A stretch of 63,435 bases of DNA, counting the filler, from Chiloscyllium plagiosum (lineage: Eukaryota), in the NCBI RefSeq assembly GCF_004010195.1. It is 5 parts of one record of this genome, joined end to end, with 100 filler letters (N's around TTAATTAATTAA, not from the genome) between each part and the next. Parts side by side here need not be neighbours in the genome. Positions count along the whole stretch, not along the records: positions 17,954 to 37,056 come from NC_057712.1; 4 more parts are not named here. One strand, written 5' to 3'. A program made the position numbers and the translations under genes. The notes under the pieces are model-generated. The model made no database searches. It worked only from the letters and a program-made list of their open reading frames with translations, and had not been told where the DNA came from. Positions 25,266 to 36,689 of the stretch are shown piece after piece (within the stretch, counting starts at the first letter, position 1; each line of letters begins with the position of its first letter).

Positions 25266-26835
25266 ATACTTGTGTGCTCCTGATTGATCATATTAACATT
25301 GACCCTCTGGATTATTTGCAGGAGGGTCGGGGTTAGGCCTATAAGTGATCATTAATTGCTCACTTGAAGGCTTCAGTTGCCAGGAAGACCACAAACCTTG
25401 CCATCTCATTCTGGTGGAGATAGGAAAGTGGTGGAGTTCAGGTACACCACCATCTGACTAATGATATGTCCTTCCTGCCTCCAAGTTGCTTTGTGAAAGG
25501 GAAAGTTCCACGCAATGTTTCAGAACTTGCAACTAACTATTTTAGTGGAGACAAAATGTGGTCCTGGAGATATCCCTTTGCCATCCATTTTACCTTGAGC
25601 TGTCTGATGGTTTATGATTACTGCAGTGGGATGGTGTCATAGCAGTGGGCTATATGGGTCCTATAAATCTATTGTTTGCTGTCTGAATTACAAATGCATC
25701 ACATGTTCCTCTTATTCAGAATTGAACAAAGGTATCACATTTCACTGAGTGCCGTAATGGTAGCATAGTCACAAATAAAGGCAGCTTTATTACACTCTGC
25801 GTTTCTGTGTTCAGCTGACAACTGATTTGTGGTAAGAGCTATGTTACATTATCTCTTCCCACCTCCGGACATACTCCCACACACTAACGCATCTCTTCAC
25901 AGTCACCAGTCTATTAACGCTTTCAAAAACTGAAATATATGAAAGATGAATTTTGTGTACAGTTTTAGATTAGATGTATTCTGCTGGTAATGCAGGAAAA
26001 CATTGCCCTGAAGGTTGTCCTTCACACCACCTCTATTAGTGTACTCTCTGCTATTGGTCTTGATTGTAGGTAAGTTACTTGTGAGAGACCCTGGTGATGG
26101 TCCACAGGCTTGGTACTATATGCCCCCACAGTGTGTTTTCAGCAGGGGGTGTGGTAGGCATGTATAAACACGGCATGGCTTGTTAATAGCTCATATTAAT
26201 CCCAGTATTAAACTGCCCACGCCATAATACAGTCAGCATGGACAGGTGAGTGAGAGTGGGTGAGCACTTGTTTTTAAAGTGTTAAGACAGAAGGGGAGGA
26301 TATTGTCTCTGAGGTATGCCCTTTGTTCATTCAGGGATGGGGTACCTCCTCCAAAGAGATAGTACACCACTTCCTTCCCACCTGCATTACAAAACCCACC
26401 CCACCATTTCCCTTAGTGAGATGCCCTATCCCTGCCTGACCACTTCCCCCAACCTAGCTTCGTACAGGATCTATACCTTCCTCAGGACCTGTCACCTGTC
26501 CCATGGCTCTTCCAGGATTGCAAGAGCTGCCAGCTAACTACATTGCTAGCAGCTGTGAAGGGCAGAGCATCCTCCCACTGATGAGCAGAAGTCTAACTAC
26601 CATCTTGTTAATCCTGCCTGCAGCGTAAACTCACTGTGGTTTTATTTGGTGGATTTCTGACTGACGATTTAGTTTAGGTGTGGAATGAGTGGTTCAGCAG
26701 TCCCTCCCTGGCCTCCCTCCCTTGTCATTATAAGCAGCTCCCCATTTTCCATTAGGAACAGTAAAAGGGAACAGGCTCACTTTATTGCCATCACAATTAG
26801 GTCAGAGGTGAGTTTTTATGCAGTCCTAATGAACA

Positions 26836-26992
26836 TCAAAATCAGAAATTGCTGGAGAAACTCAGCAAGCCTGGCACCATCTCTGGAGAGAAAGCAGATT
26901 TAACATTGTGGCTTCAGTGACCTCCTTCAGAATAGAGTTTCTGAATTTCTGCTTTTGTTTCTGATTTCTAGAACCCACAGTCCTTTGGATTT
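26836..26992. mobile_element. Older fold-back PLE element
   Basis: cagaaattgctggagaaactcagc arm followed by an inverted aatttctgcttttgtttctgatttc arm. Confidence 0.62.
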
Positions 26993-27489
26993 ATCAAGCA
27001 TCATATTATTTTAATTCTTGTAGTTCATTCCAGTCCCAGTGGCTGGCTCTGAGCAGACTGGAGAACACTGTTCAAGGTCTGGTAAGTCACGGGGAGAGAC
27101 AGTGAGGACTATTTCATGGTTGGAATTGAGGGGAGGCTTGACTCAAAAGCATCTCAAACACCTTTGTGTGGCTGAGAGAACCAGCTTCTCTTTTCCTCCC
27201 TCTGTGCTACTCTCAATGAATTGTTAAAATAGTATCAGCGCCCTAAAGGGTTTGAGGAACCCCAATTAGCATATAGCATTGAGGTCTGTGTTAGACTGGC
27301 TCATTGACTATGCAACAAAAAGGACATAGTTTATATTACAGCAGGAGGTGATTGAGGAACATGTAGGAACAGGATGCCGAGTGTTTGCACAGCCATTTTA
27401 ATTATAACCCATGGGTTAAAAACCTTCCTCCTCTGTATGCTGCCTGTTACCAGGAAATATCCCAACTAAAATTACAAGAGCATGCAGTT

Positions 27490-27625
27490 ATACTGGTCTG
27501 TAAAACATCCCAAGACACTTTATAGAATTAATATTCAAAAAAGATTTGACACTGAGTCATACGTAGGAAGATATTTGAAAAGATGGTGGACGGTCAGATT
27601 TTAAAAAGAGAAAGATAGGAGAAAA
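27490..27625 (-). mobile_element. L2-type LINE 3' remnant
   Basis: gtaaaacatcccaagacactt...atttgacactgagtcatac resembles the reverse complement of a fish or shark L2 3' end (recalled, not searched). Confidence 0.4.
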
Positions 27626-28979
27626 CTTTTAATCTGGAGGGATATCAATAACTCAGGCTCTTAGCAGCATAAAAAGTCTTCACCTATGTTTTAATTTCCT
27701 TTAAAAATATTAAAAGCCTCAATTCTATAGATTTCGAGGAATTAAGCTTTGGATGATGATGGTTAAAATATCTGCAATTTGCTCACTTACTTCCAATAAA
27801 ATCGTGCAGATGAAACCATCAAATCCTGAGGATTAGTGGCATTGTATTTTGTAATATTGCTTTCTTGATTAGGCTGTCTTAAGTGATTCACTATTATTAT
27901 CCCTGGCATGTCAAGGTATATTAACCTCTTTTACAGTGAAGACTGTCAAGAAATTAATTACTTCAAGCCTGCCATTTTTTTTAACTTTCATTTGCAACAT
28001 TACCTCTGCCTGATTTTGAAGAATCTGCATTATCTTTGATTGCCTTTTTTATTCTAATACAATTGCAAAACCATTATAATCTTGATCTCTTTCACAACTT
28101 TGTTTTTGGTTTGCTTTTTTGCAGCTGTATCTCTGTTGTTCTTTACAGCTCTTGTGGTTCCTTGGCACTCACTGTTTTTTGTCCTGATATATCCTCTTTC
28201 TAGTTTGATACAACTTCACACTCTTTGGTTCTTTTATTTGTTAAGTAGGCCTCTTTCTCTTTAGGGGAATATATTTGTTCTTTGTAAAACTAAATTCTTT
28301 CATGAATACCTCTCACTCTTCATCTGGACTTGGATACAAAAACTGTCTGGATCAGTTTACTGTCATCATTCTCTGTGAAAGCAGCTGCATCAAAATTGAG
28401 AATCTGAGTCAGCTTTCCTGCCTAACATTGAATTTTATTACACTGTGATCACCATTGGATAAAGATTCAATTTCTATGAAATTAAGGCTGACTCATTAGG
28501 CTGGATCTGGTATGCCCTGTCCTCCTGTTGAAGGTGGAACATACCAGTTAAAAAAATATCGGAAATGCATGGAAAAAATTCAGTACCTTTCTGAGTCCAA
28601 CACGTGAAAAAGCAAGTCTCCCATTAAAACCACTTTGCTCTCACTATAAACACCTCTAATATTTCAATTAATGTATTTTGTTGCTTTGTTTTTGCTGTCA
28701 GGTCAAAAGGCAAGTTCAATTACAGATTTATTTCTCGTATTACTCAATTCTAGCCATTTTGACCCTGCGGATTGTCTCTCCTTACCTGCATGCATTTTTT
28801 TTAATACTGAATGCCTATGACTTGGAACTATATGAATATTCCTTTAATGTAACTGAGTCGAAACCCTGGAACTGTCTTCCTAACCATAGTGGGGGTGCCG
28901 CCATACCCCACTGCAGTGGTTCAAGACATCAGCTGACCCTCAGCTTCTCCAGGGCTAAGATTTTGGTCATCAGCAATGT

Positions 28980-29285
28980 GCATGGTGGCTCAGTGGTTAG
29001 CCATGCTGCCTCACAGCGCCGGGGACCTGGGTTCAATTCCTGCCTCAGGCAACTGTCTGTGTGGAGTTTGCACCTTCTCCCTGTGTCTGCTTGGGTTTCC
29101 TCCCACAATCCAAAGATATGCAGGTTAGGTGGATTGGCCTTGCTAAATTGCCAATAGTGTTAGGTGCATTAGTCAGGGGTATATATAGGGCAGGGGAATG
29201 TGTTTGGGTGGGCTACTCTTCGGAGGGTTAGTGTGGACTTGTTGGGCCGAAGGCCTATTTCAATACTGTAGGGAGTCTAATCTAA
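28980..29285 (+). mobile_element. HE1-type V-SINE (diverged)
   Basis: tRNA head, V-domain and ctaatctaa tail. Confidence 0.88.
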
Positions 29286-29540
29286 AAGCAAAGGACTACC
29301 ACATTTTTGTTCCCAGTTCCTCTATCCTTTCTTGACCCTTAATCAGGTGGAAAATTTAATTCTGTAGCATGACTATTTTATACCATATCTCAGTAATAAT
29401 CACCACATTATACTTTCTAAGCTATTATACCCTCTAAGATCTATCAGGCCTCTAAGTCACAATTTATTTATTCAACATATAAAACTCTCATGTGGACAAA
29501 CAATTCCAAATTGTCATTCTGCATTGTGTAGTGATCGAAC

Positions 29541-29931
29541 CCTACTGCGAATCCTCTTGCAAGGATGCCTGCCTTGAAGAAGTTTTCCTCCTCTCTCTAC
29601 AAGAATCTCAGGGAGTCCCTCTCCCACTGCAACTCCCAGGTCATTTCCTCTGCCCTGAAGCTCTTCAAGACTTGTCCGACCTGCCTAGCTCCTTTTCCAC
29701 CTATCCACTCCACCCTCTCCTCCCTGACCTATCACCTTCATCTCCTCCCCCACTCACCCAATGTACTCTATGCTACTTTCTCCCCACCCCCACCCTCCTC
29801 TAGCTTATCTCTCCACGCTTCAGGCTCACTGCCTTTATTCCTGATGAAGGCTTTTGCCCGAAACGTCGATTTCGCTGCTCGTTGGATGCTGCCTGAATTG
29901 CTGTGCTCTTCCAGCACCACTAATCCAGAAT
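29541..29931 (+). mobile_element. Internally deleted PLE piece (ORF start, pyrimidine-rich UTR, terminal repeat with hammerhead core)
   Basis: MPALKKFSSSLYKNLRESLSHCNSQVISSALKLF, then attcCTGATGAaggcttttgcccGAAAcgtc at 29841-29867. Confidence 0.75.
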
Positions 29932-30070
29932 CGAAATGAGGTCAGCAGCCTGGTCCAATCAGGTATTCTTGGCTGACACCTTGAAGAAAAGAACAGATAG
30001 AAACAATTCCCTGTATTATACAATCACTGTCATACTCAGAGTGGGTGAAAGGGATAAGAGTGAATTTCTG

Positions 30071-30160
30071 CATTGCCTCTGATACATTGCCTCTGATACA
30101 TTGCCTCTGATACATTGCCTCTGATACATTGCCTCTGGTATATTGCCTCTGGTATATTGC
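30071..30160 (+). repeat. 14-bp minisatellite (CATTGCCTCTGATA), about 6.4 copies
   Basis: Four perfect units followed by variant units (g for a, t for c). Confidence 0.97.
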
Positions 30161-30946
30161 TGTTTTCTCCAGTTTGTGCTGCAAAGTGGTGAGTATTCAG
30201 CAAAAGTTGAGGGGAGGGACAAGTCTGGAATTGCCTTAGAACATAATGGAAAAAATGATCCTCGTGTTTCTCAGCGATTGTATTTCCATGTCTGATTGAT
30301 GCTAGCCAATCAAAAACAAATCATTGGGGGGCAGGTTGAGCAAAACCAATGGATTTGCTTGCATTTTATTTCTACATGATCTTAAAATTCCTCATAATTT
30401 AACAAAATCTCCCTTCTCTCCTTCCAACTCTGCCAATATTGTCAATATTCAGTGAATTATGTCTTCCCCTGCGCATTAATTATAAACATCAACTTGCAGC
30501 ATTAGTTTTTATTGCTATTCTGTTTTAACCAGATAACAGCAAAGACCAAGCATTGTCTAATGCAGAAGGAAAATTAACCATTTAAACCTTCAAAATTCCT
30601 CTTATACAACATCCGCAACGAAAGACAGCCACCATATTAGTCCTCAGGAAAGATGCTAAAGTCCACTTCCTATCTGAGAGCGCGTATCGGAATAGATGTT
30701 CCAAAGTCTGTAATTCTTCATGTCTGATAATCCTACAACAGCTGAAATAAGAGTTGGGAGCTAATCCCACTGTCTTTATGGAAATGGGATGGTCCAGCCC
30801 ATTGAAGGGTAAGCTGAATGGAAAGCAAGGAGAAGATAACTGACCCAAAACAACCCAGCTGGGTAAAGTGGCATAAACGTTGCACAGTTTTGAAAGATAG
30901 TTCAATGCGCTGTGATAGAGTCATTAAATGAACAATTAATGTCCTT

Positions 30947-31244
30947 GGGGTGGCACAGTGGTTCAGTGGTTAGCACTACTGCCTCACAGCACCAGGGTTC
31001 AATCCCAGCCTCGGGCGACTGTCTGTGTGGAGTTTGCACATTGTCTGCGTGGGTTTCCTCCGGGTTCCTCCCACAGTCCAAAGATGTGCAGGTCAGGGGA
31101 ATTGGCCATGCTAAATTGCCTGAAGTGTTAGGTGTATTAGCCAGAGAGAAATTGGTCTGGGTGGGTTGCTCTTCGGAGGGTCGGTGTGGACTTGTTGGGC
31201 CGAAGGGCTTGTTTCACGCTGTAGGGAATCTAATCTAAACTAAA
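30947..31244 (+). mobile_element. HE1-type V-SINE
   Basis: tRNA head, V-domain and tail gggaatctaatctaa. Confidence 0.9.
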
Positions 31245-31530
31245 TCCTGATGTCTTATGTTAGAGAATCAAACACAGCATTTGAGGTCCACTCCAAACTA
31301 TTCTGATGAAACACAGTTGTGCCTCCATAGACTTCCTGCTCAGCATATGTTGAGGGGATGGGTATAGGTATGGTCAGAGTGGAAGGAAATTCGAATTTAT
31401 TAATGGAAAACAGATCATATTTATACAGCAATGCACTGGAATATCCTAAAGCCCTTCACGGGGACATTACACAACTAGAATAGGATACTGAGCCACTGTG
31501 AAGGCTAACACAGGTGTTACGATCGAGCCC

Positions 31531-31625
31531 TCCACTATCACCTGATGAAGGAGCGGTGCTCCGAAACCTAGTGTGCTTCCAATTAAACTTGTTGGACTAT
31601 AACCTGATGTTGTGTGATTTTTAAC
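31531..31625 (+). mobile_element. PLE terminal-repeat fragment with a minimal hammerhead
   Basis: cacCTGATGAaGGAGCggtGCTCCGAAAcctagtg. Stem I cac/gtg and stem II GGAGC/GCTCC both pair. Same family as 13333-13420. Confidence 0.8.
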
Positions 31626-31892
31626 GATGTCTACTGCTGCCTCCTTCACCCTCCCTCCACCCGTGATGTATTTTGTTTGTCCTCTAGGGGCCATTCCCAA
31701 AGTCCTTGCAGCTCTCTATTGCTAGTTCATTCTGCTGCTCCCTATCAGCAACACCCCACCCCACCACCCCAGCCTTCCTTCTATCTCTAAGCAGTCAATG
31801 TGACCAGATGTGAGGTTGGAAAGGGATTCATATGATGTTAATGAGATCCCCTGAATGCACCGGTAGAAGCTCTCTTTTCCATCAGACTGGCC

Positions 31893-32204
31893 AGATTAGA
31901 TTAGATTACTTACAGTGTGGAAACAGGCCCTTCGGCCCAACAAGTCCACACCGACCCTCTGAAAAGCAACCCACCCAGACCCATTCCCCTACATTTACCC
32001 CTTCACCTAACACTACGGGCAATTTAGCATGGCCAATTCACCTAACCTGCATATCTTTGGACTGTGGGAGGAAACCGGAGGAAACCCACACAGACACAGG
32101 AAGAATGTGCAAACTCCACACAGACAGTTGCCTGAGGCGGGAATTGAAACCTGGTCTCTGGCGCTGTGAGGCAGCAGTGCTAACCACTGTGCCACCGTGC
32201 CGCC
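31893..32204 (-). mobile_element. HE1-type V-SINE
   Basis: Full head-to-tail match to the other HE1 copies. Confidence 0.92.
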
Positions 32205-32616
32205 GAGTGTATTTGATCTTGGGTGTATTTGATCTTTCCCATACCCTCCCTATAATTATTAATATGTGTGTGTACACAGTAGCAGCAAGTGGGCAAACAT
32301 TTGAGGGTTGCCCATTTGTACTGTGTACTTTATAATAGGACCCACCCATCAACTAAGATTACATTGATAACTTTCTTATGTTGTGCAAACTTCAACTATG
32401 TTTGCTCCCAGTTGTTTGAATACCACACCCAGAGTTAAAAATGGCCATTGTCTCTTTCCAACGCACTAACATCCTTCAGAGAGGATTACCTGGAGCATTA
32501 TGCACACAGCAGACTGAGCAGCTGTTCCACGTGCCCAGCCAAGGAGTAGGGCATCACTTGTACAATTATTTCATCACAGTGTAAAACCTTTGTTTTGTGT
32601 CTCCACAATGTTTCTT

Positions 32617-33029
32617 CCACTTGTGTGCACAGACCATCATGGAAGCCAACCTCCCATCCATGGATTCCATTTACCCATCTGGTTGCCAAACCATCATCAA
32701 AGATCTGTCCCACCCCAGTAATGCTCTCCTTCAACCTTTTCCGTCAGGCAGAAGATACAGAAGCTTGAACACACGCACCAACAGGTTCAAGAACAACCTC
32801 CTCCCTGCTGTTATTAGATTGATGAATGGACTCTCTAACTCCGAATAATGTTGATCTTGTTAATGTGATCTTGCTCTGTGCCCCTCCTGCCATGTAACCT
32901 GTATACCTCACTCTGTCTAAGCATCCTGTGATCTGTATGACCCCGCTTACTATGATCTGCCTGTACTGCTCTCAAACAAAGCTTTTCACTGTACTTAGGT
33001 ACATGTGACAATAAATCAAATCAAATCAA
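32617..33029 (+). mobile_element. Rex1/Babar LINE 3' end
   Basis: IIKDLSHP...PSGRRYRSLNTRTNRFKN...PAVIRLMN C-terminus. Tail is (AAATC)n. Confidence 0.85.
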
Positions 33030-33492
33030 CATCTCCCCTACCTCACCCCTGCTTCTGACATCCTGTCCACCTTGTTTCAGACCATATGAGGCACAATATC
33101 AGTGGGATGGAACAGTGCGTCTTCATAGCAATCTATTGCACTGCTGAGTGGCTGAGGGAAACGTTATTTCCAGCTTGGCATTTCATACATGGGCAATATG
33201 AAATAAGAAATCAGGAGGAGGGGGAGATACACTTGATTTGCATCACAACCAGAATTAACATAAACAAAAGACAGAGATTTGTAGACAAAATTATGAAAAG
33301 CAGAAAGGCAATCTGGAAGGCAATCTTGTTGGGGTCTGAGTGATGTCGTCTCTGGTACAATACATGGCAGAATCCAGTAATTAAGGTGGCAAGGCCCAGC
33401 TCAACATGGAGATCATCTCACTCCATATTCACTATTTTTCACAAATGTATGATAAGATTTGTACCATGAGATGCCAATTGATAGGGATTATT

Positions 33493-33616
33493 GATGAAGA
33501 GCTTTTGCCCGAAACGTCGATTTCGCTGCTCCTTGGATGCTGCCTGAACTGCTGTGCTCTTCCAGCACCACTAATCCAGAATCTGGTTTCCAGCTTCTGC
33601 AGTCATTGTTTTTACC
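33493..33616 (+). mobile_element. PLE terminal-repeat mini-insertion, 11-bp TSD
   Basis: TSD tagggattatt at 33482-33492 and 33617-33627. The insert begins inside the hammerhead core. Confidence 0.87.
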
Positions 33617-34093
33617 TAGGGATTATTACTTGTCAAGTGCCTCATTAACACTCTGGCTTGTTCCAATAATACCCTGTCTCCCATTTTGCCAAACAAACCC
33701 GATGTCAAGAACAACAAAGGGAAGGACTAGGAAACCAGAGGGAGTACCTGGCTGATTCATTTTGCCAATACTCCCAAGAACTCCCACGTTGGAAACTGGG
33801 CACTAACATCTCAGGGCATGCTCCACAGGTACCAGCCACACACACACCCAACTTCCAAGAAAATTGGTATCTGACATACAAACCTTTAACAACCCTAATG
33901 GTACATCCCTGTTTGGCTTACAGGTCACTTTTCCCTTCAATACTGAACTTTGGGCTGCCCCAGTAATGCTCATTCTAATGCTGCAGCAAGGACACTATGT
34001 GCTTAGGGGCTGGGCTGGGCTCGCCATCCAGGATCTCTGCTCACTGTCACAGCTATCTCTCACTCTGATCACTCGCTCATTCTGAGCTGATTT

Positions 34094-34409
34094 TTAGATT
34101 AGATTAGATTACAGTGTGGAAACAGGCCCTTCGGCCCAACAAGTCCACACCAACCTGCCGAAGCGAAACCCACCCATACCCCTACATTTACCCCTTACCT
34201 AACACTACGGGCAATTTAGCATGGCCAATTCACCTGACCCTGCACATCTTTTGTGACTGTGGGAGGAAACCGGAGCACCCGGAGGAAACCCACGCAGACA
34301 CGGGGAGAACGTGCAAACTCCACACAGTCAGTCGCCTGAGGCGGGAATTGAACCCGGGTCTCAGGCGCTGTGAGGCAGCAGTGCTAACCACTGTGCCACC
34401 GTGCCGCCC
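34094..34409 (-). mobile_element. HE1-type V-SINE, full length
   Basis: Near-identical to 2541-2855. Confidence 0.93.
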
Positions 34410-34539
34410 ACAATTTGGATGCTCACAACATCTCTGCGTTGCTTTGCACCCCTTAGCCAGAGATATTGAGCTCAAACCACAACTGCCTTGCCTTGCTGTT
34501 CAGCTCAGACACAAAGCCAGGAAGCCTGTCGGATTTGTC

Positions 34540-35230
34540 AGCAGCTCTCAGTCAAGTCAAGGAGGGGAATCCCTTCACTCAGGGATTCCCAGCACAGTAA
34601 GGACAGCCAAAGTGACCAATCCAAGTCCATCTTGAGGCAGTCAGAGTCAGGATGCTGTCCACTTGAGGAATCGCCTGTCGTGAGCCTTTCTGCCCTAGTG
34701 TGGGCTGTATTCCTCCCAGACTGAAAAAGAGAGAGAGACAGACAGGTATGAATGTTGGTGGCACAGATATTACTGTTGGTGCAGGTGAGGAGGTATCCTG
34801 AGTGAGAGAGTTGGCAGCTCAGTGGGCTAGTGGTGGTATAGTATTGAGCATTGGGGTGGGTGAGAGTACATGGGGAATATGTCGTAGGCAATAGTGAGAG
34901 TGGTGGGGCATGAACCTTAGTGGGAGGTGGGTGCAGTCACAGAGAGAATGTGAGGGTGACGTTTTGGAGAGAAAATGTTTTACCTCACCCTGGCAGAGTG
35001 GAGAAGAATATTGTCTTTCAACAGTGCTGGGCATTCCTCCAGATCACTGCAAGTGCACTGACCCAGGGTACCCATGCACCAGAGAATGGTCTGGTGTTGT
35101 GGTTCCCTTTTCTGATCTTGGTATGGAGGAAGCCCCATGTCAGCACCACCCCATCTAGCAGGACCACTAGGTTCCTGCCCAGAGAGTAGGGCTGCAGGTG
35201 TTCCTGTCCAGGGTAGAATGGTAGCAGGGC
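34540..35230 (-). pseudogene. Decayed Harbinger-type Myb/SANT-like gene with an intron
   Basis: Frameshifted minus peptides LVVLLDGV, VSALAVIWRNAQHC and NILLHSAR, followed by donor GTGAG (34988). After acceptor ctctctttttcag (34721) the frame reads SGRNTAHTRAERLTTG. Confidence 0.55.
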
Positions 35231-35354
35231 AGCCCCAGATTGACAGTGTTTGCCTGGTTTCACAACAGGCTTTTAAAGACAATGCATAAAGAGATGCTGG
35301 AGCATCTGGGAAAATTCAGACATGAGAGATGTCATGGCACAGCCATGGTAATTA

Positions 35355-35683
35355 ATTTTTTTTTATTCATCTATGGGCTGGGGTAATCACTGGCTCGGCT
35401 AGTATTTATTGCCCATCCCTAATTTCCCAGAGGGCAGTTAAGAATCAACTACATTGCTGTGGCCCTTGAGTCACATGTAGGCCAGACCAGGTAGCTGGCA
35501 GATTTCCCTTCCTCTATCAACAATCCAGATGGGTTTTTCCCCAACAATGGTTTTATGGCCATCTGGTCTTCAATTCCAGATTTTTATTGGATTCAAATTC
35601 CACCACTTGCCATGGTGGGACTTGAACCCCAGTCCTGGATTATTACCTCAGTCTCTGATAATGCCACTAGGCCATTGCCTACC
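35355..35683 (-). mobile_element. Second tRNA-derived SINE family, near full length
   Basis: Homologous to 3272-3674, with a poly(A) end on the minus strand. Confidence 0.8.
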
Positions 35684-36532
35684 CATGGAGAGCTTGGTAA
35701 AGTAGGAAGAAAGAGCTCACTCTGCCTTACAGCAAAAACCCCTCGAAAGAAATTAACTGAACTTGGACTTAGCCAGAAAAAGTAAGATTTAGCTCAAAAA
35801 TTATAATTGATGACATTTACCTTAAGCTCAGTTGCCGTCTAAGCATTGTTTCGTAACTTTGTTATTCTACTGTACATTTATTATTATCAAGATGACAAAG
35901 AATATTATTTGCAGGTGTTCTGTGAAAGATGATATGTATGAAAAGATCAAAAGTCCTGTCAGTTTTCAAAGTGCTGAAGGGTTATATCTGAATACCTTTG
36001 ATGATCTTGGGTAATAAGAGAAAAGAAAGCTGTAAGCTAGGTTAACTGTAAAGGAGTAAGTGTTAGCGAAATCAGTTTTATAAAGGAGGCCACATTTTTG
36101 CAGAAAGTAATGATATTAGCCTATTTATATAGACCTTCATCGCTTCCTGAACACAATATATTAATTTTATATTCAATAGTTCTTTAAATATGAAGAAAGG
36201 TGCTCCTAACAAGTTGGCGCAATACATTATTGTGTTAGTCCACAATATTTTGAAGCAAAAGGTTTCAGCTACTTGGGTCTGGAGAAGCATTAACTGACGA
36301 GATGGTGCTTCCTTCAAGCAGAAGGCAAATAGAGCACGAACGGGAGAGTGGGCAAAGTGGGAAGCAGGAGGTTTTGAACAAGCCTGCATCCTGGACAACT
36401 TAGCTGTAGCTCTTAAGTATAGTAAAGATAAAACACATGAAATCAACAGAGGAAGTTTAACAGAAAATAATACATAATCACATTGCGGGAATTGTTGGTT
36501 TTCGATTTTTAATGTCATTTTGCAGAGCACTC

Positions 36533-36665
36533 CTTTATTCCTGATGAAGGGCTTTTGCCCAAAACGTCGATTTTGCCTGTCCTCGGATGCTGCCTGAATT
36601 GCTGTGCTCTTCCAGCACCACTGATCCAGAATCTGGTTTCCAGCATCTGCAGTCATTGTTTTTAA
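36533..36665 (+). mobile_element. PLE terminal-repeat mini-insertion; hammerhead core has G12 mutated to A
   Basis: attcCTGATGAaGGGCttttGCCCaaaacgtc, flanked by actcct repeats. Confidence 0.83.
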
Positions 36666-36689
36666 CTCCTAAAAATGTGTTGTTGTTTT

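Noticed and set aside
25300..27430. GC-richer patches resembling very old MITE or Harbinger derivatives (also about 40430-40870 and 53940-54220)
   Set aside because: I could not define TIRs, TSDs or boundaries by eye, so they are not listed as features.
30071..30160. Possible CRISPR-like array or repeat-protein ORFs (29942-30222)
   Set aside because: The units are head-to-tail with no spacers, the DNA is eukaryotic, and the ORFs simply read through the minisatellite.
36078..36656. 192-aa minus ORF
   Set aside because: It starts in a PLE repeat and has no recognisable domain or clear splice support.
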